IMG/VR virus record: IMGVR_UViG_3300033149_004313
Span: 1-57,669 of that record
Reading direction: 5' to 3' (one strand)
Length of the DNA: 57,669 bases
From: a virus
Taxonomy: Duplodnaviria; Caudoviricetes
Of this stretch, positions 50,627-57,669 are shown one piece after another; within the stretch, counting starts at the first letter, position 1, and every line of letters begins with the position of its first letter. The notes below the pieces were generated by a model. The model was not told the DNA's origin and ran no database searches. It was given only the letters and a program-made list of their open reading frames with translations. The translations under genes were made by a program, and so were the position numbers.

Positions 50627-51543
50627 TTAAACGCCGACATATTCATCTAACTCTCGGCGTTTATCGACAATCATCCATTTGATAATTGGATTGTTGATTA
50701 AATCAGGAAATGGATTGATTTTATTCTCCATCCCCTCTTTAATTGCCAAAGAGAATTGAAGCCCAGAGGCGTCTACAAAATACCAGGCCTCGACCTCACC
50801 CTCTTTCACCACGATTTGATTAGGGAAACCGTGGCTTTGCGCTCGTTTGGTTACTATTTCCATAATTTCCCCCTTTCCTTTTTTAGAAACTGTTGGCCTT
50901 CTTCCATCCCTCAATAAAATCTAATCCTGCGTATTTAGCCTCTTCAACACCTAATGCATCACAGGGGCATTTAGGATTGGATAAAGAAATACCGATATTT
51001 GCTTTACAAAATGAACAAAATGCCCCTTTAGGGAATTTTTTATAAAAACCCTTCGCAGGACATTTTTTACAGTAATCCGTTCTGCTCAAAATTTCTTCTA
51101 ACCTTAATATGTAAAGTTCTTGTAATTCTATGGGTAACCCGAAAGTTAATATTTTCATGATTCTCTTCCTTTCTCCCAAACGTTATTATTGTTTAAAACG
51201 TATCCTTCTTTTTTCATTTGGAGGAGATAACACTTTCCACAGAAATTCCTAAACTGTGCTTTCTCCTTCCTATTTTTTGGCGGCATGTAATGACGGATTG
51301 CTGTAGAAATATAATTTTTGCAGATGTAACATTTCATGATTTCTCTCCTTCCCTCCATTATTCATAAAATACGATTTCACCATCCCCAAAACGGAGACAA
51401 AGATTTTGATAAGGGTCCTCCAATATTTTGGCGGGACCCTTTTTTGCTTCCATCCCCCTTACCCATTGTGAGTAAGAGGAATTCCCCTCTCTTATTTCCT
51501 TTTCCCAACGATGGGGCTGAAAGGGGTTCTCAAGTTCCACCAT
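50627..51543 (-). other. Small CDS 50627-50863, 50883-51158 (Cys-rich paralogue of 40604-40972), 51155-51337 (CxxC..CxxC), 51358-51543
   Basis: Coupled ORFs with purine-rich RBS. Confidence 0.6.
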
Positions 51544-51779
51544 TACAACAAAAGCACTATATCCCCATGTTTTAGGGACAAATTTATTCTGTTGAACTCT
51601 ATCGGCATACCTAATAGAGCCGATAGAATTTTAGCCGTTACCTCATGCCCAACGGCTGAGGTAACAGCACCATGATTTAGGGCCGTTTTTATAGGCCCCA
51701 GGTCTGTCAGCTCTTTAATGGTAGCTTTGGTGCCACCGTCAAGCATTGATGGTGACCAAGTAGACGCTAGGTATCTCAT
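51543..51779 (-). CDS. DUF1874 / STIV B116 / AcrIII-1-like ring nuclease homologue, C-terminally truncated (78 aa)
   Basis: YLASTWSPSML, SAVGHEVTAKILSALLG..IEFNRINLSLKHGD; stops after GDIVLLL; RBS GGGAGGGAG before ATG 51779. Confidence 0.8.
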   Translation of the reverse strand: MRYLASTWSPSMLDGGTKATIKELTDLGPIKTALNHGAVTSAVGHEVTAKILSALLGMPIEFNRINLSLKHGDIVLLL

Positions 51780-51795
51780 AGCTCCCTCCCTTTTT

Positions 51796-53216
51796 TTATT
51801 TTTTCGGAAGTAATCTAGGTATAAAAACCGAATCAGGATGTACAACAATCCTGATACCTAAGTCCTTGCCGCAAAAAAAGACGCGTTCTACTAACATAAC
51901 GTTTTTGGGAATGTCAAATTCTGAATGGGCTTTTTGGTTAAAAGGATTGTGTGCTACCACATCAGGACTTGACAACCCTAACTGCCCATTTTCTAACTTT
52001 AGGGCAGTTACATAAGTGCGACTACCACCGCTCCAGTAATCGCTCATATAGTAACGTTCCTGGAAAGCAAGCTCAAATTGACGGCCTTTATAGTCAGGAT
52101 ATGTAGCTTTGACAATGTCGGCTACGTCTTTCTTTCTAAGTTTTATTTCCATCTCTCTCTCCTTTTTAAGATTAACCATTGCCTAGGCCCTCATTGCTGA
52201 GGGCTAAGGTAAGGGTTAAGCTATTCTTTCGAGATAGGTTTGACCGGTAAATCGCTCATAGCGGTCGCCGATTTGGGCCTTTTCGGCCCACTCTCTCAGA
52301 TGATCTCCCCAAAGGGAGCTTATAGAAAACAAATCTATAATCTGTCCCTTTTCGTATGTCCTCTGGGCAAATTTTTTCATCTCTTCCTCCCATTTTAATT
52401 CACTACAATAACATCTGCATCGTGCGGAGCGTGCTCCGCACAATAGAAATGCCCTATCTGATGGTAGGGTACTTCTCCCTTATAATTTCGGGGAAGGCAA
52501 CTAGTAGCCCTTGTCGCTGGCTTGTGGCACCACCTGTAAGTGCCTAGGTCCCCTCCCCCCCCAAAATGAGCACATGTTACCAGTTCTGGGGGAACTGAAG
52601 GTTTTTTAAAGTATTTCATAACTCCCTCCCTTCTTCCCCTCCCCGGCCTTACCTCACGGCAGTGTAATTCCTGACGGGAGGGGATCTCGTTCAAATTAAA
52701 TGAAAATTATTTGAATCCGGCCATCATATTCACCAGATCTTTCCGTAACTTCCATTAAGAATTTTGTAAAATACATCAGATTATCAAAAAAATTGCCTGG
52801 TTGTTTCGGAATATATACTTTTAGCCAGCCTGATCCCATACCTTTGCCATGCCTTACCTTTGCTTTGGACTGGCCTATTTTTGCCAAAGCTTTCTTTACT
52901 GCCTTGGTTTCCTCTATGTTGGTGTTATATTTTCTCCATTTAAGTTTTATTTCCATTGTGTCCCTCCCTCTTTAAACGTTTACGATTCAAACCAATATGC
53001 AGGATACTCTTCAGTTGCATAGCTTTCAGACATAAGTTTATAATCCTGAGAGTTGGGGAATTTACCATTATCAAACTGAAAAGACCCTACACGCTCACTA
53101 TGAAGGTTGAAATCAATATAGGGTTTTTTCTTGCCTCTTAATATTGTTCGATAGACGCCAAAGATTGACTTTTCCCCGTCAGTGAAAATCATGGTTGTAA
53201 ACGTTACTTTTTTCAT
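51796..53216 (-). other. Early small CDS 51796-52152, 52216-52380, 52395-52619, 52696-52956, 52980-53216
   Basis: Each has a strong GGAGG-type RBS; downstream of a consensus promoter. Confidence 0.65.
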
Positions 53217-53267
53217 CTTCTCCTCCTTTCGTTTGCGTTTAGCTATATTTAATGCAATCTGTCAAGC

Positions 53268-53295
53268 ATTATATCACGCAATAACGCAATGTCAA
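53268..53295 (-). promoter_or_regulatory. Near-perfect sigma70 promoter driving the leftward small-ORF operon
   Basis: TTGACA-16 bp-TATAAT with extended TG; spacer holds tandem ATTGCGT repeats. Confidence 0.8.
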
Positions 53296-53320
53296 GAAAA
53301 AAAATGCACTCAAACAAAAA

Positions 53321-53380
53321 ATGAGTAGATTTACCTATGCTATAGGTAGAACTACCTATCCGATAGGTAAAAGTACCTAG
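53321..53380. repeat. Tandem palindromic sites TACCTAT-N3-ATAGGTA at 21-bp period
   Basis: Full copies at 53332-53348 and 53353-53369; partial copies at 53321 and 53374. Confidence 0.8.
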
Positions 53381-53403
53381 TAAGGCGTAAGAATTAAAAG
53401 TGT

Positions 53404-53432
53404 TTGACAGCGATTACAATTTATGCTACAAG
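53404..53432 (+). promoter_or_regulatory. Rightward promoter for the replication genes
   Basis: TTGACA-17 bp-TACAAG with extended TG. Confidence 0.5.
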
Positions 53433-53575
53433 GTAAACAATAATTTTTAAACGAGGCATGAGGCATAGATAAATCACCTAAAAAATCAGACACGTCCCCA
53501 GCCGTTTTTCCCCAAAACGGAGGGGTGGGCCTCGCTCCAGGGGACGTGTCCCCTAAACGAAAAATCCGAAATGAC

Positions 53576-53908
53576 ATGCGATGCGAGAACTGTACCCTCC
53601 ACGAGGCCACCACCTTACTGTACTACGAAAAATACCATCGAGAATCAGGCCGTATCTCTCTGATTAATCCCTCGTTTATATGTGATAAGTGCGTGCCTTT
53701 ATTTCGAGGGCTCAACGAGCTGTTTGAAAATAGGCCCGTGTTGGTGCCATTTGAAAAGATCGCTCAATGGGATGCTAGGCTGATGGGATTGACCAGCAAG
53801 AAAAAATGGGAATTTTCGGTATTCAGAAATCCATACTATCGCAAAAAACTCTATCGCATACGGTACATTTGGAAAGATGGCAGAAGACCGACCAACGAAG
53901 AGAAATAA
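53576..53908 (+). CDS. Zinc-finger protein upstream of the replication ATPase
   Basis: MRCENC...ICDKC. Confidence 0.55.
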   Translation: MRCENCTLHEATTLLYYEKYHRESGRISLINPSFICDKCVPLFRGLNELFENRPVLVPFEKIAQWDARLMGLTSKKKWEFSVFRNPYYRKKLYRIRYIWKDGRRPTNEEK

Positions 53909-54782
53909 AATTATCATCCAAGAAATCCGGGACTGGCTTGAGATCGTGGAAGGCGATTTTCATATCAACGATCTATATAGCTGGATGCCGGATTTCTGCA
54001 AGTCAACTACTGATAAACGGTATATATCACGCTGCCTCTGCCGACTAATAGATGAAGGGCTCGTATCACGCAACGGTAAATACGGCCAATATCGCAAAGT
54101 GTCGCAAGAGCTTGAGCGCATGGATATCGTGGGAGCCGATGAGACCCCTGTTGATATATGGCTGCCGTTTAACCTCACAGATTACGCTCAAATCATGCCA
54201 GGAGCGATTATCCTGATAGCAGGCGAGCAGGATACAGGTAAGACCACCATTGCCCTTAATATCGCCTGGGCGAATCGCCTTACCTGGGATGTGCACTATT
54301 TTAATAGTGAGCTCTCTGCTGGAGGGCTCAAAAAGCGTACCATGCAGTTTACCAATACCGAGCCATATCAATGGGCTGAGAGAATTAATTTTTACAGCAA
54401 GTCGCATGATTTCCAGGATCACGTTAAAAAAGGTCCCGATAAATTAAATATTATTGATTTCATGGAAGTCGGCGGAGATGACTACCCTTATGTGGCATCC
54501 TGGATTAGGGCGATACACGATCAGATTATTGACAATGGTGCTATTGCTGTTGTATGTTTGCAAAAACCACCTGGAAGAGATGAGGCAACCGGTGGCAGAG
54601 GTACGCTAGATAAACCCAGGCTATATCTTGCTGTGAGTAGAGGCGTTATAAAGATAGTGAGGGCCAAAGACTGGGCAGGCAATGTAAATCCAAGGGATAT
54701 GACCATTAATTTCAAGATTATCAATGGCAGCGAACTGCTTCCAGTAAGCGACTGGATGAGACCGGATAAATGGACTATATAA
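53877..54782 (+). CDS. Replication protein: N-terminal winged helix plus RecA/DnaB-like P-loop ATPase (helicase-like)
   Basis: ISRCLCRLIDEGLVSR..KYGQYR wHTH; GEQDTGKT, YFNSE, IIDF, LQK. Confidence 0.8.
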   Translation: MAEDRPTKRNKIIIQEIRDWLEIVEGDFHINDLYSWMPDFCKSTTDKRYISRCLCRLIDEGLVSRNGKYGQYRKVSQELERMDIVGADETPVDIWLPFNLTDYAQIMPGAIILIAGEQDTGKTTIALNIAWANRLTWDVHYFNSELSAGGLKKRTMQFTNTEPYQWAERINFYSKSHDFQDHVKKGPDKLNIIDFMEVGGDDYPYVASWIRAIHDQIIDNGAIAVVCLQKPPGRDEATGGRGTLDKPRLYLAVSRGVIKIVRAKDWAGNVNPRDMTINFKIINGSELLPVSDWMRPDKWTI

Positions 54783-54783
54783 A

Positions 54784-55135
54784 TGACGACTTTGACGATT
54801 GTGACGACTTTGACGCATTTGACGACAAATGACGACTTTATGACGACTTTCTTTGAGCTGATTTTCTTGTTATATCATATAGTTACGGCAAAGCACCTTT
54901 TTAGAATGACGATTTTGACGACTTTATCATGTTATTAAGAGCTTATGAATAAGTCTATAGTGCTTAATTTTCAAAACACTATTTTAGCTAATTTACCCAT
55001 TTATCAAATAATATCAACCACTTGAAATTTTATATAAAGGAATTAAATATATAAATAATATTTCAATATCTATTTTTATTTATTAAAATAAATAAAAATA
55101 GAGTACCTACGGTACTATTTATAATAATACTGTGG
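54784..55135. repeat. Putative replication origin: nine TGACG(A)-core iterons followed by an AT-rich tract
   Basis: TGACGACTT-like units at 54784, 54793, 54802, 54811, 54820, 54830, 54841, 54907, 54916; very AT-rich about 55020-55130. Confidence 0.7.
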
Positions 55136-55400
55136 TACTAGATAGGGAGTGCAAGAGATCATGGCAGAGATAAAATTAATATTCTAATAAAAGGGAGAAA
55201 GGACAATGAAAAGCAAAATTAAATCAGTTCGATTAGGTAGACAAGTATGGGGAGTAGGGTTGGACTTTATTGCTTACCAGATAGCTCTAGGGTTTAGATT
55301 ACGATATTGGGCTGATATACATGCTTATGCGCTTAAGGTTTATCTTGGACCATTAAGAGTATGGGGTTATGTACAGTTAAGATAGATAGGAGATGTAAAG

Positions 55401-55634
55401 ATGACAGACAAGGATAAAGGAGAAACAATAGTGAAGACCTGGAAGGGAGTAGCTAGATATTCGCCCTTTTCAGAGTATACATTGCAGAAAAAGTACGCTA
55501 AAGAGATGTTTGCCGCAGGAGTAGTATTTAAGAGCCGATTAAGAAGTAGCAGGACACTCACAGTATGGGGATACCCTTCTCAGATCATGCTATACTGGAC
55601 GAAGAAGGCAAAAGAGAACGGGATGATCCTATAG
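55401..55634 (+). CDS. Small Xis/MerR-like winged-HTH DNA-binding protein
   Basis: WKGVARYSPFSEYTLQK helix pair followed by a beta wing; RBS GGAG. Confidence 0.45.
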   Translation: MTDKDKGETIVKTWKGVARYSPFSEYTLQKKYAKEMFAAGVVFKSRLRSSRTLTVWGYPSQIMLYWTKKAKENGMIL

Positions 55635-55670
55635 GTATATCGTCTTTTAGGGGATATAGACTATAGAATC

Positions 55671-55699
55671 TTGACAAGTTGAAAATGTTGATATATGAT
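55671..55699 (+). promoter_or_regulatory. Sigma70-type promoter
   Basis: TTGACA-17 bp-TATGAT. Confidence 0.7.
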
Positions 55700-55722
55700 A
55701 AAAAAGCTCTTTCCTCATCCTT

Positions 55723-55807
55723 GACTTGGGCTGCTACCTCCACAGCCTGAGTCGTTGTTCGCTGGTAGTGACGTTTATAGATTGATACTTTCCGTCACTA
55801 CCAGCGA
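55723..55807 (+). ncRNA. Two-hairpin leader/small RNA directly after the promoter
   Basis: 11-bp stem with two G-U pairs (55723-55753) and a perfect 15-bp stem (55759-55807). Confidence 0.55.
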
Positions 55808-55820
55808 CATAGAGATAAAG

Positions 55821-56078
55821 ATGGCAGACTGCAAGAACTGTATACATTGTAGGATTAAATTAAGAGTCCGATACCCCAAAGGGATAGACGATAAGAGCTC
55901 GTGTACCTGAGATCAGCTCCTAATGGGACAGATAATCTATGGAGACAAGACGCAGATATGGTGTGACAAGGGGATGTGGACTAAGGATAATGGACAGCAA
56001 AAGGTCTACCAGAGCGATCTATATAACTTTAACAAGCGTGTCATTAATTATGGCAATGGGTGTCGGGAGTTTGAATAA
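55821..56078 (+). pseudogene. Cys-rich ORF interrupted by an in-frame TGA at 55908-55910
   Basis: MADCKNCIHC...SSCT*DQLL...WCDKG...GCREFE stays in frame through the stop. Confidence 0.5.
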
Positions 56079-56574
56079 GAATAATGAATGATTTATACTA
56101 TATAAAAAGTTGAAACCATGCAACTTGACTTTACAGACACCATATCAATACATGACCGAGGTGCTTTTCTAGCAGTCCTTACCATCTTGTATTATACTCA
56201 GCTTTACGGCACTAACGGACAGGAGGATGGCTAGATGGAAAATTTCCTCCCCTACGGCAATTATGATACCATTAGCCATATCCTTAAAGAAATTATGGAT
56301 ATAATCGAATTGGACTATAACGAGGATTATCGTAATGCTATGAATGTAGTTCTATGGGCCCATGCTAATCCCAGGAACCAATATGATGGAGACTAATGAA
56401 TGCTCTCTATTTCCCCCTCAGAAGCCCGGAATTGCCCCAGGCTCAACGATCCCTTTCAGCCCTATACTTACCTTACCCTATTTATTTTGGGCTTATCCTG
56501 GGGCTAGTTAAAAAAAGAATTGTTTTCTAACAAAAGACGCTGTATTATAATAGCAGCCCTAATCAGGAGTTATT

Positions 56575-57072
56575 ATGTCTATTAGTAAATGGCTTACCAG
56601 TAATATCGATAAATACGACAACTGGGATGAATGGATAGCTGATTGTAGTAATCAATGCGGTGTCACCCGTCAAGCCGTTTTAAAGAAATCCCATAGTTTA
56701 TGGACATTACGTGGAGGCAAGAAAGAGAATTTACCCTCCGCTCAACCTGCCAAAAAATCCACCTCATCAATGAATCGATCTCAATTCTTGAGTAAATACG
56801 ATACTTCAACAAAAACACGTGACGCTATTAGGCGGGCCGTATCTACTCTGATTGAGGAAGATGACCCTGAGAAGGATCAGATTGTTGAGGATGTGGACTT
56901 CAGGATGAATCGTTGCGATAATGTGAGCATACAGTTTTACAGGCAAACAGCCAACGAACCGGAATTCGAGAAATATCAGTTCCGGATGGGTGATAAAATA
57001 TTTTGGACTACGCCCAGACAAGTACAATGGGCGGTTGAGAATGTACCTAAAGCGAGACCATTAAACGAATGA
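56575..57072 (+). CDS. Hypothetical protein
   Basis: TATAAT at 56546 and RBS AGGAG upstream; first gene of the operon that continues across the junction. Confidence 0.7.
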   Translation: MSISKWLTSNIDKYDNWDEWIADCSNQCGVTRQAVLKKSHSLWTLRGGKKENLPSAQPAKKSTSSMNRSQFLSKYDTSTKTRDAIRRAVSTLIEEDDPEKDQIVEDVDFRMNRCDNVSIQFYRQTANEPEFEKYQFRMGDKIFWTTPRQVQWAVENVPKARPLNE

Positions 57073-57446
57073 AAATAGCGTACATTTCCGGTCCATATAG
57101 GGCGGATGACATAGAGGGCATTCAGGATAATATTTATCGTGCCCGAAAGGTAGCAGTTGAACTCTGGCGCATGGGATATGCTGTTATTACACCTCATTTA
57201 AATACTGCTAATTTCCCTGGAGAGGTTGGAGATAATCTTTTACGCTACAAGATTGATTATATTCGTGGCGATCTCGAAATAATATCTCGTTTAGATTGCC
57301 GTAGTGGTGATTGCGTTGTTATGCTGCCCGGATGGGAGAATTCACTGGGAGCAAGAAAAGAGAAGCACGTTGCGGAATGTGGTTTGTTAGATGTGTTTTT
57401 TTGGCCAGAAGATAGAGAAATATTAATGAACCGTAACAAGGATTAA
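57069..57446 (+). CDS. DUF4406-like / nucleoside 2-deoxyribosyltransferase-fold protein
   Basis: YISGPY, GYAVITPHLN, D.VVMLPGWENSLGARKE. Confidence 0.8.
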   Translation: MKIAYISGPYRADDIEGIQDNIYRARKVAVELWRMGYAVITPHLNTANFPGEVGDNLLRYKIDYIRGDLEIISRLDCRSGDCVVMLPGWENSLGARKEKHVAECGLLDVFFWPEDREILMNRNKD

Positions 57447-57448
57447 AA

Positions 57449-57669
57449 ATGGATAGAACAACTTTTAAAAAACAATATGACCCTGACCCAAAGGATGCTT
57501 CTACTCAGGAATATATACGTAAACTTGAGGAAGAGAATGATCGGCTCAAAAAGCAGGTGGGCACTGATGAGAGGCTTTATGATTACATTAAAGGCGGTAT
57601 AGAGGCATTTGAACCACCTAAAAAAATAATATATAATAAGCCGGTATTATCCCACGATGAGGTGCACGC
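57449..57669 (+). CDS. 5' part of the metallophosphoesterase (continues at 2-925)
   Basis: MDRTTFKKQYDPDPKDASTQEYIRKLEEENDRLKKQVGTDERLY... Confidence 0.85.
   Translation, partial: MDRTTFKKQYDPDPKDASTQEYIRKLEEENDRLKKQVGTDERLYDYIKGGIEAFEPPKKIIYNKPVLSHDEVH

Noticed and set aside
54784-54925. TGACGAC repeats as a CRISPR array or coding repeat
   Set aside because: Units are 9-11 bp with no unique spacers; the overlapping minus-strand ORF (RQSRHN repeats) is a by-product
57556-57669. 114-bp terminal repeat as a biological DTR
   Set aside because: It falls in the middle of a gene that reads through the junction, so it is best explained as assembler overlap of a circular or permuted genome
1-57669. 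Genome-wide stop-codon reassignment
   Set aside because: Core genes are intact under the standard code and use TAA, TAG and TGA as stops

Overview
The window is an apparently complete, circularly closed genome (57,555 bp unique; bases 1-114 are repeated exactly at 57556-57669) of a tailed dsDNA phage with podovirus-like architecture. It carries a terminase, portal, scaffold, N4-gp56-type major capsid, adaptor/nozzle, three ejection proteins (one a 2056-aa LPD38-type polyvalent protein) and beta-helix tailspikes, with no tape measure or sheath. Spanin-like genes and an outer-membrane beta-barrel point to a Gram-negative host; an anaerobic deltaproteobacterium-like host is only a guess. I saw no integrase, DNA polymerase, reverse transcriptase, CRISPR array or canonical tRNA. 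The non-structural half is organised around two divergent promoter switches (about 45.2-45.4 kb and 53.3-53.4 kb) and an iteron plus AT-rich origin behind a wHTH-RecA-fold replication protein. The most notable signals are: (1) an eroded integron-like gene-cassette array (attC-like sites, ORF-containing and ORF-less cassettes) at 45.9-47.5 kb with no integrase; (2) a strongly promoted small-ORF operon containing a C-terminally truncated DUF1874/AcrIII-1-like ring-nuclease homologue and an RHH regulator; (3) a GLMAG peptide motif shared by four unrelated proteins; (4) a tRNA-like non-coding cloverleaf and other structured RNAs; (5) a -1 frameshift splitting the large terminase at an A9T6 run. 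All protein calls come from motif recognition by eye, not database searches.
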